Of a stretch of DNA of 64,000 bases, positions 27,680-36,992 are shown piece by piece. The position numbers and the translations under genes were made by a program. The notes under the pieces were generated by a model. The model ran no database searches. It had not been told where the DNA came from and was given only the letters and a program-made list of their open reading frames with translations. The stretch spans positions 21,415 through 85,414 of the forward strand of contig DUCN01000018.1 of the NCBI GenBank assembly GCA_012959805.1, written 5' to 3'. Each line of letters begins with the position of its first letter. Position 1 is the first letter of the stretch. Source of the stretch: Myxococcales bacterium (GTDB taxonomy: Bacteria > Myxococcota_A > UBA9160 > UBA4427).

Positions 27680-29282
27680 GCGACGCAGCCGAAACCGGCT
27701 TCCCATCAAACGCCGGGATCGACGCGGGCGATGCGAAATCGAGCAGGGTCTGGGCGAGTCGATCGACGGCATCCATGGCCGCAGCACTCCCACCACTATG
27801 TCCGTTGACGAGAATCGAGAAGATCCAGGTCTCTCCATCCTCGCGTTCCGCATAGCCGGATAAGGAAGTCACCGCGGCATCTGAAAGTAGTCCAGTCTTT
27901 GCCCGAATCCGACCGCGACCCTGTCTGATCCGTTTTTTCAGTGTCCCGTCTGTCCGCGCAATGGGAAGCGCGGCGACAAACTCAGGCCCGCTTCGAAACG
28001 AAGCACGTCCAACCGCAAGGGCACTCACGAGCATTCTCGGCGCAAGTCGATTCTGGATCGACAACCCAGATCCATCGATCAGCTTCGCCCCGGCAAGATC
28101 GACGCCGAGACGACCCAGTTCCACCCGCAGTGCCCGAATTCCGTCGACCCAATTGCCCTGACGAACGGGACGCTCCTCCAGCGAGGCCCCCTCCCATGCG
28201 GCGAGACTCTTCACCAGGCTCTCGGCGATCGAGTTGTTGCTGTATTTCAGGCACAGCCCGACAGCCTCCGCGACGGTGCGGCCGGGTCGGTCCAAAACCA
28301 ATTGAAATGATTCGGATTCGATCTGCGGCGCGCGACGCACATCGCCTTCGAGATCGATCCCGTTCGCTTCGAGTTGATAGGCGAGCAGCGAACCGGCATA
28401 GAGTCCCGGATCGAGAACACTGCGCGGAAAACGATCAACGGAAGCGCCTTGTCTTGCTACGCCACTCACACGAATGATCTCCTCTGCCGGCCCGTCGGTC
28501 TGACGACCCCGAATCCGGTCGACGACCACTCGCGCACGCGTCTTCGCACGACCCGTCTTAGCCTGATTACGTAGTCGCAAATAGTCGACGGGCGGATCGA
28601 CATCGACTAAGGCTGCCGAGCCCACGGCTGCCTGGGGCCAGATCGAAACGAAGAATGTCCCGTAATTCGCGGTCAGCGCGCCGATGGGTGCATGGTAGGC
28701 CCGCGCCGTCACGTTTCCCCAGCTCGGATGCCAGCCGGGACCGTCGAAGAGTCGATCATCCACCCGCAGATCCCCGCGCACGCCACGCAGGCCGGCGCCT
28801 CGAAGATCCGCGGCGAGTCGCCACCAATCCTCGGAATTCATGACCGGATCGCCCCCGCCTTCAACGATCAATTCCGAGACCATGCCTTCGGCATCGATCG
28901 CCTGCGGTGCCAGAATCCGAGTTGAAAATCGATGCGTCGGCCCGAATCGCTCAAGCGACGCCAGCGCGGTCAAAATTTTCTGGTTCGAGGCCGGAATCAA
29001 CAACCGATCGGCACCGTGTGCGTAGATCGCGCGGCCGTCGCTCGCCCTCTCGACGTAGACGCCAACACTGGCCCGAGCCAGAGGCGCCTGACGCAGCAGC
29101 GCGTCCATTCGCGCGGCAAGATCCGCCGGCCCCTTTCCGCTCGCGCAGGCAGGCATTCCCACGAAGGTGCTCACAATCAATGCCACAACGAGACGCAGCC
29201 CCGCGGCGGGATGCCCGGGCTTCACGCTCCGCGAAACCACAAAGGCCGCCCTTGGCCGAGGAAAGAGCAATCGCTTCAGCAT
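27666..29282 (-). CDS. dacB: D-alanyl-D-alanine carboxypeptidase/endopeptidase (PBP4, peptidase S13)
   Basis: SxxK motif in LLIPASNQKILT, with the family-typical C-terminus. The start is taken at ATG 29282 (MLKRLLFPRP.. signal), which is uncertain. The longest ORF (to 29804) overlaps the divergent gene. Confidence 0.8.
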   Translation of the reverse strand: MLKRLLFPRPRAAFVVSRSVKPGHPAAGLRLVVALIVSTFVGMPACASGKGPADLAARMDALLRQAPLARASVGVYVERASDGRAIYAHGADRLLIPASNQKILTALASLERFGPTHRFSTRILAPQAIDAEGMVSELIVEGGGDPVMNSEDWWRLAADLRGAGLRGVRGDLRVDDRLFDGPGWHPSWGNVTARAYHAPIGALTANYGTFFVSIWPQAAVGSAALVDVDPPVDYLRLRNQAKTGRAKTRARVVVDRIRGRQTDGPAEEIIRVSGVARQGASVDRFPRSVLDPGLYAGSLLAYQLEANGIDLEGDVRRAPQIESESFQLVLDRPGRTVAEAVGLCLKYSNNSIAESLVKSLAAWEGASLEERPVRQGNWVDGIRALRVELGRLGVDLAGAKLIDGSGLSIQNRLAPRMLVSALAVGRASFRSGPEFVAALPIARTDGTLKKRIRQGRGRIRAKTGLLSDAAVTSLSGYAEREDGETWIFSILVNGHSGGSAAAMDAVDRLAQTLLDFASPASIPAFDGKPVSAASLRSD

Positions 29283-29426
29283 CTGAAGACCCTGTTCACC
29301 GTGATCGTATTTGGGGGGTGAAACGTTTGCACGCTTGACGCCGAGGAGCTTATCGGGGAGCCTGCGCTGGAGCAATTGTCGCCAGCCATGGGGGGTTGGC
29401 AACGGGTTTCGGGATCGGGGGGTCCG

Positions 29427-30755
29427 GTGCTCAACGTCATATGGCTCGTTCTCGCCATCAGTGCACTCCTTGTAGCCGCGGCTACCGGGGATGAAGCCGT
29501 ATCGGCTGTCATCGACGCCATCTTCAGTAGCGCGCGCTCCGCCGTGCAACTTGTGATCGGCCTCGTAGGCGTCATGGTCTTTTTTCTTGGACTGATGCGA
29601 ATCGCTTTCGACGCAGGATTCCGCGAGGTGATTGCTCGCTGGCTGACCCCGCTCACCCGACGACTGTTCCCCGAGATTCCCGCCGACCATCCCGCGATGG
29701 GCGCCATGATTATGAACATGTCGTCGAATGTACTCGGCATGGGCAATGCTGCGACACCCTTCGGCCTGAAAGCCATGAGTGAGCTGGCCAAGCTGAACAA
29801 TCATTCGGGCTCCGCATCAAACGCCATGGTGCTCTTTCTCGCCATCAACAGTTCGGCCATCACCTTGCTTCCTCCGCTCGGGACGATCGGCGTTCGCGCC
29901 GCCGCCAACTCCTCTGATCCCTGGGCGATCTGGATGCCGACGCTCTTTGCAACAGCGTGTTCAACCTGCGTCGCGGTGCTGGCCTATTTCGGACTCGGGC
30001 GCCTTCCCATTTTCGCTCATCGCCCGGAATTGAAGGGCGAAGCCAGCGCCTCGAATTGGGCACCCGATGACGCCGATTCCGGGTCGGACGACAATCGAGC
30101 ACGGGATCCCGAGGTCGGTTGGCGCCGAAACGGACGTCTCGGGCTGGTCCTGCTCGGGACGGCGATCTTTCTCTGGAGTGTCGCCGGTTCATTCAATCAT
30201 CAGCTTGGCGAGAATGGAATGAACGCGGCATTCCGGAGCGCCCTGCAGTACTGGACCCTTCCCGCGCTGCTACTCGCCGTCCTGCTCTACGGCTTCGCGA
30301 AGCGAGTCCGGGTCTACGATTCCATGGTGGCGGGCGGGCGCGAGGCGTTAGGCGTGGCCAGCCAGATCGTGCCCTACCTCGTGATCATCCTGGTGGCCGT
30401 CTCTATGTTCCGCGCCTCAGGGGCCTTGGGCTATTTGATCGACCAAGTCGACCCATGGACGAGTCTGATCGGTGTTCCGGCTGAGGTGTTGCCCATGGCC
30501 TTCATCCGCCCACTCTCGGGCTCGGGCGCGCTCGGCGTGATGAGTGAAATCTTGACAACCCATGGCCCGGACTCTTTCATCGGCCTGCTCTCGAGCACTC
30601 TGATGGGATCCACCGAGACGACCTTCTATGTATTGGCGATCTATCTCGGTGCCGCCGGGGTCGTCGACGGGCGCCAGGCACTCTTTGCCTGCCTCGCCGG
30701 GGATATCGCGGGATTCTTTGGTGCCGTCGCGGCCTGCCACTTCTTCTTCGGCTGA
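29427..30755 (+). CDS. Fused SpmA/SpmB-like nucleoside-recognition (Gate) domain membrane protein
   Basis: GTG 29427 gives (M)LNVIWLVLAISALL, a SpmA-like start. Two Gate-domain halves are joined by an acidic linker. Confidence 0.75.
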   Translation: MLNVIWLVLAISALLVAAATGDEAVSAVIDAIFSSARSAVQLVIGLVGVMVFFLGLMRIAFDAGFREVIARWLTPLTRRLFPEIPADHPAMGAMIMNMSSNVLGMGNAATPFGLKAMSELAKLNNHSGSASNAMVLFLAINSSAITLLPPLGTIGVRAAANSSDPWAIWMPTLFATACSTCVAVLAYFGLGRLPIFAHRPELKGEASASNWAPDDADSGSDDNRARDPEVGWRRNGRLGLVLLGTAIFLWSVAGSFNHQLGENGMNAAFRSALQYWTLPALLLAVLLYGFAKRVRVYDSMVAGGREALGVASQIVPYLVIILVAVSMFRASGALGYLIDQVDPWTSLIGVPAEVLPMAFIRPLSGSGALGVMSEILTTHGPDSFIGLLSSTLMGSTETTFYVLAIYLGAAGVVDGRQALFACLAGDIAGFFGAVAACHFFFG

Positions 30756-30758
30756 CCC

Positions 30759-31931
30759 GTGCCGATCCGGGAATCCGCTGCCGGCGACGCAAGCGATAAC
30801 AAGGTCGTGATGAATCGTGACCTCGACATGCTCGCCGAGATCCTCCCCTCCTGCGCAGGCCGCCCGTACTCTTCGATCGAAGGTATCCCCGCCGGCCTTG
30901 GTACCCGACGTTTCTATCGCGTCCACTTCGAAGACGGCCCACCCGAGAGTCTCGTAGCGCGCGTCGAACCCCAAACCGAGGTCAAAGGCCAGGCTGCAAA
31001 GAACGTCGGCGCAACCGAAAACCCGAGTACGCCCGACGAGCCCAGCTGGCTTCCCGAACCTCCGCTCGAACCTCTGCGGCAATTTCTCGAGGACGCCGGC
31101 CTCCGCGTCCCCCATTCCATCGCCCATCTCCGGGAGCGAGGCGTCGATCTACTCGAGGACGTCGGAGGACGAACGCTGATGCACGTCGATGAACCGGAGC
31201 GATCCCAGCGCTATAGCGAGGCCTGCCAGCTCGTGCCTCGACTCCAGAGACTCTCCGCAAGCGCGGAACGCATCCCCGCCTTTGGCCGAATTTTCGATCG
31301 CAGACTCATCGATACGAAAGCCTGGAAATGGCTCCACTGGACGATTCCCGGTCTCCTGCATCGCCCAGCCACCCAAGAAGAATCGCGTTCGTTTCTGGAG
31401 CTTGTCGAAGGATTCTCCGCCCTTCTCGACGAAGCACCGAGGCGCCTCGCCCATCGTGACTTCAAGGCCGAAAATCTTCACCTCGTGCCTAAAAAAGCAA
31501 ACGCCGCGAAAAATGCCACCGGGAAGGAAGAGTGGGAGATCGTCATGATCGATGTTCAGGGTGCGTTCATGGCACCCCCCGAATACGATCTCGTGTGCCT
31601 TCTCTATGACCTTCAGGTCGATCTCGACGAAAAATTTGCCATGGAATGCTTTCGCTCCTCTCTGGCTGACCTTCCCGATTCACCGGACCCGGAGCTGGCC
31701 GCCATGCGCTTTGACGCGATCGCCACGCTCAGGCTCTGCAAGGATATTTCGCATCTCGTCCACGCCCGGCGCTCACGGAATGATGCGCGCCGATGGCACG
31801 AAATTCCAAGAGGCTTGGCCCTTCTCGAATTATCAATGGGGCGACTCTCCCGCGCTTTTCCCGAGACCCGGGCACTCAATTCTGTGATTCATGCACTTAC
31901 CCTGGCCGCAAGTTCGTCCGATAGTGGGTGA
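30759..31931 (+). CDS. amgK: AmgK-like anomeric MurNAc/GlcNAc kinase (aminoglycoside-phosphotransferase fold)
   Basis: Catalytic loop LAHRDFKAENLHL and metal-binding MIDVQGA..PEYDLVCLLYD. Immediately upstream of a MurU-like nucleotidyltransferase, the known AmgK-MurU arrangement. Confidence 0.65.
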   Translation: MPIRESAAGDASDNKVVMNRDLDMLAEILPSCAGRPYSSIEGIPAGLGTRRFYRVHFEDGPPESLVARVEPQTEVKGQAAKNVGATENPSTPDEPSWLPEPPLEPLRQFLEDAGLRVPHSIAHLRERGVDLLEDVGGRTLMHVDEPERSQRYSEACQLVPRLQRLSASAERIPAFGRIFDRRLIDTKAWKWLHWTIPGLLHRPATQEESRSFLELVEGFSALLDEAPRRLAHRDFKAENLHLVPKKANAAKNATGKEEWEIVMIDVQGAFMAPPEYDLVCLLYDLQVDLDEKFAMECFRSSLADLPDSPDPELAAMRFDAIATLRLCKDISHLVHARRSRNDARRWHEIPRGLALLELSMGRLSRAFPETRALNSVIHALTLAASSSDSG

Positions 31932-32069
31932 TGCAGCTCTCGAAATCAGATCGGGAACGATGAAGGATTGGCCAATCGTGCAAATTCATGAGCGCATATG
32001 GCCGGGGCAGCCCGGCGGATCAGCCATTCGCCGCATCGGCCGCGGATGCCCGCCGAGTAACCGAACGAA

Positions 32070-33065
32070 ATGAGAGCCATGATTCTCGCCGCCGGGCTCG
32101 GAACCCGCATGCGTCCACTCAGCGATCTGAGAGCGAAGCCCGCTCTGCCCGTTCGGGGACGCCCCGTCATCAGCCTGCTGCTCGAATTCCTTGCACGCCA
32201 GGGCTGTGAATCCGTCATGATCAACCTTCACCACCGGGCGGAGTCCATTCGCCGGGCGGTCGAACACGATCATCCCCGAGATCTCGAGATCCATTGGTCC
32301 GAGGAAGCCACTCCACTCGGAACCGGTGGCGGAATTCAGCGAGCAGCCAGTTTCTTCATCGACGAGGAGTCGGCCATTGTCCTGGCCGGCGACATGCTTC
32401 TTGACCTACCGCTCAAGGACCTGTTCGAACGTCATGTGGAAGGCGGCATGGACGCGACGCTGCTACTCCGGGACGACGATCGATCGAGCCATTTCGGCTC
32501 CATTGGCATCACGAGCAGCGGTGAGCTCACGCGGGTGGGCAAGAGGACGATCCATCGCGAGAAACATTGCGCCCTCACTGCCGACGACACTGAAGTGACC
32601 CATGGCTTGTTTACGAGCGTCCGATTCTTTCGAACGGAAATCCTGACCGACTGGCCCACCTGCGGATCGGAATCCCCGGAGTCAAAAGACAGCGTCTTTG
32701 AAGACCTGCGCGACTGGCTGATCCCGGGAATTGAATCCAGAGGACTGCGCGTGCGCGGGGAGCTCCTCCCCAAAGAATCTTCCACATGGGAACCCGTCGG
32801 AACGCCCGCAGAATATCTCCGGGCGAACCTTACACCTCCAGATCTACCGACTCTTGGAGGCGCAGCGAAGAACTGGTCTGGGGAAGTCAGCATTCTCGGT
32901 TCGAATCAGAGCGTCATCCTCTCGGATCGAGCTTCCGTCGACTCCAGCGCGAAGCTGAATCGCTGCGTTATATGGGAGGGCGAAAAAATTCCTTCTGACT
33001 TCGTCGGCGAGTCCGGCGTCTACGCAGGCGGCGTATTTGTCCCCTGCTCGGAGAATCTTTCGTGA
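32070..33065 (+). CDS. murU: MurU-like sugar-1-phosphate nucleotidyltransferase
   Basis: MRAMILAAGLGTRMRPLSDLRAKPALPV signature of NTP-transferases. Adjacent to the AmgK-like kinase. Confidence 0.65.
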   Translation: MRAMILAAGLGTRMRPLSDLRAKPALPVRGRPVISLLLEFLARQGCESVMINLHHRAESIRRAVEHDHPRDLEIHWSEEATPLGTGGGIQRAASFFIDEESAIVLAGDMLLDLPLKDLFERHVEGGMDATLLLRDDDRSSHFGSIGITSSGELTRVGKRTIHREKHCALTADDTEVTHGLFTSVRFFRTEILTDWPTCGSESPESKDSVFEDLRDWLIPGIESRGLRVRGELLPKESSTWEPVGTPAEYLRANLTPPDLPTLGGAAKNWSGEVSILGSNQSVILSDRASVDSSAKLNRCVIWEGEKIPSDFVGESGVYAGGVFVPCSENLS

Positions 33066-33799
33066 GCGAGGTCGTTTTCGTCGGCACAAGCGATGCTTTC
33101 GGCGCCGGAGGTCGGCGGCAGTCGGCCGTCTTCGTGCGAGCGGAGCGCGGCGGAATGCTTTTCGATTGCGGCGCGACCACCAATACCGGACTCGCTCAAC
33201 TCGGAATTTCACGGGAGGAGATCGATGTCCTCCTGATCTCCCATTTTCATGGTGATCATTTTGGCGGCATCCCCGCCTTTCTGTATGCCTCCTACTACAT
33301 CGACGCGCGACGCCACCCGATCGAAATTGTCGGGCCACCCGATATCGAAGAGCGCGTACACCAGTTGGCCGACGCTATGGGCCATCATCTGCGAGACCGC
33401 GAATGGCCCTTCCCAATTCGGTTTCGCGAAATTCATCCCGAGGAAGCCCTTTCGGTTGGCCCCGCAGAAATTCAAGCATTCGCCACCCAACATCAACCCG
33501 ATGCCAATCCGCAAGGTTACCGTGTTCGCCTGGGCCGAGAACAAATTGCCTATTCGGGTGATACAGGCTGGTTTGAAGATCTTCCCCGTCAGATCGCCGG
33601 GAGTGATCTCTTCATCTGTGAATGCACGCTTCATCAGGCCGGGCTGGATTTTCATCTCAGCTTGGATGAACTGCGCGAGCATCGCGACGACCTCGATTGT
33701 GGCCGCCTGACCTTGACGCACCTCGGTAACGACATGGCCAATCAGCGAGGACAGCTCGAAATCGAAACTGCAGACGACGGAATGGTCATCAAGCTCTAA
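33062..33799 (+). CDS. MBL-fold metallo-hydrolase
   Basis: HFHGDHFGG (HxHxDH) motif. The GTG overlaps the murU-like stop (GTGA at 33062-33065). Confidence 0.8.
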   Translation: MSEVVFVGTSDAFGAGGRRQSAVFVRAERGGMLFDCGATTNTGLAQLGISREEIDVLLISHFHGDHFGGIPAFLYASYYIDARRHPIEIVGPPDIEERVHQLADAMGHHLRDREWPFPIRFREIHPEEALSVGPAEIQAFATQHQPDANPQGYRVRLGREQIAYSGDTGWFEDLPRQIAGSDLFICECTLHQAGLDFHLSLDELREHRDDLDCGRLTLTHLGNDMANQRGQLEIETADDGMVIKL

Positions 33800-33843
33800 C
33801 CGCGGTGGCCTCGAGATCTACAGAACGAAGTCTCTTCGGCCCA

Positions 33844-33864
33844 GCGCGAGGCCGCGTGTTTTTT
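33844..33864 (+). terminator. Candidate intrinsic terminator
   Basis: GCGCG-aggc-CGCGT hairpin followed by GTTTTTT, about 45 nt after the MBL stop and between convergent genes. Confidence 0.45.
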
Positions 33865-33930
33865 CCTTCAGCACCACGCTCGCAGAGCAAGCAAGGCCCC
33901 AGCCCGCCAATGATCGACACCCTGTCGAAA

Positions 33931-35100
33931 TCATCGGTCGAGCCATTCGCCGCCATGAATCACGCCGAGCACACGCGCTTCGGCCACCCCCGTACACTGG
34001 GGAAGTTGATTGGGGATGCCTAGAATGGTGTTTCGTCCCATGAGTGAAAACGCCATCGCCTCCGCTGCGTCAGCGGGAACTCCGGCAGCGTCCATGCTTT
34101 CGACAACGACGGAGTCGAGGGCGTTCGCGAGCAATTCCATGACGTAGCCGTTTCGAACGCCTCCGCCGCCGACTAACAAGCGACCCTTCAAAGCAAGTCC
34201 GCCGCCCGTGCCCGCCGCCATCGCCTTCCATGCCGTGGCGATCGCCGCCGTCGCCGCGTGAGCAAGCGTGGCCATCAAATCTTCGAGGAGAACTCCCTCT
34301 CGCCGTGACCGATCGAGCCAATCCCGGGCCTGCGACAGGCCATAGCGCTCACGGCCTGTCGACTTCGGTGGCGGCCGATGCAAGTAGGGATCCGCGAGCA
34401 ATTCCTCGAGCCACGGGGCAACGACGCTTCCCGCTCGCGCAAGCGCCCCGTCTCGGTCGAAGCGATCCCGCCCCTCACTCGCAAGCGATACAACGCCGTC
34501 CAGCAGGGTATTCGCGGGCCCTACATCAAAGGCCATCGCAGATTCCGGAGCGCAGCCAGCGGGAAGCCAGGTGAGGTTCGCGATCCCACCCAGATTGAGA
34601 ACACCGCGCGACTCATTTCCGTCCGCGAAGACCGCGTGATGGAAGAACGGAGCAAGCGGCGCACCCTCACCCCCCATTGCCAGATCACGACGCCGGAAGT
34701 CGGCGACCACGGGACGCCCCAGACGTTCCGCGAGTCTTGCTGGACAGCCGATCTGCAGGCTGCCCCCGTGCTCCGGATGATGGGCCACGGTTTGGCCGTG
34801 AGACGCGATCGCATCGACGTCGGCCAGAGAAAAATCGGCCTCCTCGAGAACGGACAAGACGGCATCGGCGAATTGATCCGCGAGCACGCGATCCAGCCGA
34901 ACGAGGTCCTCGAGAACCCGACCCGGTTGCAGCTCGCCCGCAGCCAGTCGATGGATCTCGTGCTGAAGAGACCTGGAATGAGCCACCTCGCGAAAGGCGA
35001 TCAGCTCGAATGGGCGTGCGCCTGCGTCGTCCGGCCAGTCGACGAGCGCCACATCGATTGCGTCGGCTGAGGTGCCCGACATGAGACCAACGATCCGCAT
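33931..35100 (-). CDS. anmK: Anhydro-N-acetylmuramic acid kinase
   Basis: ATG 35100 gives MRIVGLMSGTSADAIDVALV, the canonical AnmK N-terminus. Confidence 0.85.
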   Translation of the reverse strand: MRIVGLMSGTSADAIDVALVDWPDDAGARPFELIAFREVAHSRSLQHEIHRLAAGELQPGRVLEDLVRLDRVLADQFADAVLSVLEEADFSLADVDAIASHGQTVAHHPEHGGSLQIGCPARLAERLGRPVVADFRRRDLAMGGEGAPLAPFFHHAVFADGNESRGVLNLGGIANLTWLPAGCAPESAMAFDVGPANTLLDGVVSLASEGRDRFDRDGALARAGSVVAPWLEELLADPYLHRPPPKSTGRERYGLSQARDWLDRSRREGVLLEDLMATLAHAATAAIATAWKAMAAGTGGGLALKGRLLVGGGGVRNGYVMELLANALDSVVVESMDAAGVPADAAEAMAFSLMGRNTILGIPNQLPQCTGVAEARVLGVIHGGEWLDR

Positions 35101-35192
35101 GGCGCAATCATAGGCCGGTGCAGGGTCGTTGCACGTCCCCTTGTCCACCTTCTCTCGCCTCTCGCTAGGCTTTCGACTCTTTTGGCAAGTAG

Positions 35193-35220
35193 TTGACAGT
35201 CAAGGGGAATTCACGATAAT
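35193..35220 (+). promoter_or_regulatory. Near-consensus sigma70 promoter
   Basis: TTGACA (35193-35198), a 16 nt spacer, then GATAAT (35215-35220), inside a locally AT-richer patch. Confidence 0.5.
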
Positions 35221-35403
35221 GCCGCGGTCTCGAAACTCCCGACCGGAGTTCCCGGGAACGACCGGGCACACATCAGACAGGGTGCCAGGCTCCTTAATAT
35301 TTCCGATTAGTGCGGCGCATTATCGGTATCCTACGAACTCGTTGGAAGCCGTACGCACGACCTGATCACACCACCTCATCCACTGAGAATCCAAGAGGCC
35401 AAA

Positions 35404-35679
35404 ATGAATGAAACCTCCCGCGCCCAGGGCTGGGCGATTTGCGGTAGCGCAGGACTTGCCGCCCTTCTCTTTGTTGTCGGAATTTTGAACGGTCGTTATT
35501 GGGCGATTGCGATCCCCGTTGCCGTCGTCACGCTCTTCGCGCTCGGGCTCGTCGCCTGGGTCGGATTCACCATCGCCACGATTCAGGTCGAGACCGATTC
35601 CGGCCCGGAGATTCTGACGACTGACGAGCCCAGGGTCGCCAGCGCCGCCGAATCCATCAGCGCAGAGGACGCAGCCTGA
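35404..35679 (+). CDS. Small two-TM membrane protein
   Basis: 91 aa with two hydrophobic helices and an acidic tail. First ORF of the glycosyltransferase cluster. Confidence 0.5.
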   Translation: MNETSRAQGWAICGSAGLAALLFVVGILNGRYWAIAIPVAVVTLFALGLVAWVGFTIATIQVETDSGPEILTTDEPRVASAAESISAEDAA

Positions 35680-35732
35680 TGATTCATCGCGGACTGTCCA
35701 CTTCGATCGCAAACGTCTAGAGCCTCGATCCC

Positions 35733-36992
35733 GTGCGAATTGCGCTTCTCACCTACCGCGGAAATATGTTCTGTGGCGGCCAGGGTATCTATGCGGCCTA
35801 TCTGGCCCGCGAATGGAAACGGGCCGGACACGACGTCTATGTTTTTGCAGGTCCTCCCTTCCCCGAACTCGAAGAAGGAATCCCGCTCCACGAGATTCCC
35901 AACGACAACGTCTTCGGCCAAAGCGTGAGCGAGGCCTTCAACCCCGAATCACCATTTTCGATGCTGAAGCCATTATCACTTTGGGAACTGGGCGTCTCTC
36001 GATTCGGCGTCTTTCCGGAGATGCAGACTTTTGGCCTTCGTCTTATGCGGAAATGGGGAGAATTCCAGCGGCGGTATCGCTTCGACGTGGTCTTCGATAA
36101 TCAGACTCTCTCCTGGGGATTGTTAGGCATTCAGGCCATGGGTGTTCCCGTCGTAAGCGTCATCCATCATCCGCTGCACATCGATCGTGAAGCCGATTTC
36201 GCAGTTGATCAGTCGCTCGCCAAACGCGTGAAGCGAACCCTGTATTTCCCGTTGATGATGCAGCAGGCCGTCGCGCCCCGACTCGCAAAGATCGTAACCG
36301 TGTCGGAAGCCTCGCGAACGGCCATCGAGAAGTACTTCAAAATTTCCGAGAAGAAGGTCTCAGTCGTCTACAACGGTACGGACACGGAAATTTTTAGGCC
36401 GATTCCCGAGATCGAGAAAGAAGTCGACATGCTCTTCGTCGGCCGCACCGAAGATCGAAAAAAAGGCATCGGAACCATGTTCGAGGCGCTCTCGATGCTT
36501 CCGGACCATGTCACGCTCAAGATCGTCGATGGTCGCATCCCAACCGACGGCCTCGTACCAAAGCTCATCGCGCAGTTTGGACTCCAGAAACGCGTCTCGA
36601 TCGTCGACCGCATGCTGACCGTGCCCGAACTCGTCGAACAATATTCCACGGCGAGGGTGGCCATCGTTCCCTCCTTCTTCGAGGGATTCGGCTTTCCCGC
36701 CAGTGAGGCCATGGCCTGCGGTCTGTCGGTGATTGCAAATGCCGCTGGCGCGCTCCCCGAAGTGATCGGAACCGACGGCCGCAGTGGTCGATTGGTACCT
36801 CTGCGTAATGCTCGGGCCACCGCCGATGCGATGTGGGAAATCCTGCGAGACCCGGCGGAAACCCAGCGCATGGGCATCGCCGCTCGCGCGCGTGTCCAAC
36901 GCATTTTTCAATGGGACCAGGCGGCTGCGCAACTGGTCGATGTCTTCGAGGAGGTGATTCATGCTGCTGACCGTCGATCTCGAACGGCTTGA
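35733..36992 (+). CDS. Glycosyltransferase family 4 (GT-B)
   Basis: GTG start. YRGNMFCGGQGIY N-terminal loop and a C-terminal E..E-containing GT1 domain (SFFEGFGFPASEAMACG). Confidence 0.8.
   Translation: MRIALLTYRGNMFCGGQGIYAAYLAREWKRAGHDVYVFAGPPFPELEEGIPLHEIPNDNVFGQSVSEAFNPESPFSMLKPLSLWELGVSRFGVFPEMQTFGLRLMRKWGEFQRRYRFDVVFDNQTLSWGLLGIQAMGVPVVSVIHHPLHIDREADFAVDQSLAKRVKRTLYFPLMMQQAVAPRLAKIVTVSEASRTAIEKYFKISEKKVSVVYNGTDTEIFRPIPEIEKEVDMLFVGRTEDRKKGIGTMFEALSMLPDHVTLKIVDGRIPTDGLVPKLIAQFGLQKRVSIVDRMLTVPELVEQYSTARVAIVPSFFEGFGFPASEAMACGLSVIANAAGALPEVIGTDGRSGRLVPLRNARATADAMWEILRDPAETQRMGIAARARVQRIFQWDQAAAQLVDVFEEVIHAADRRSRTA

Noticed and set aside
29283-29804. N-terminal 174-aa extension of the dacB ORF
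   Set aside because: It overlaps the divergent SpmA/B-like gene and has no PBP4-like sequence. The signal peptide begins after the internal Met at 29282.
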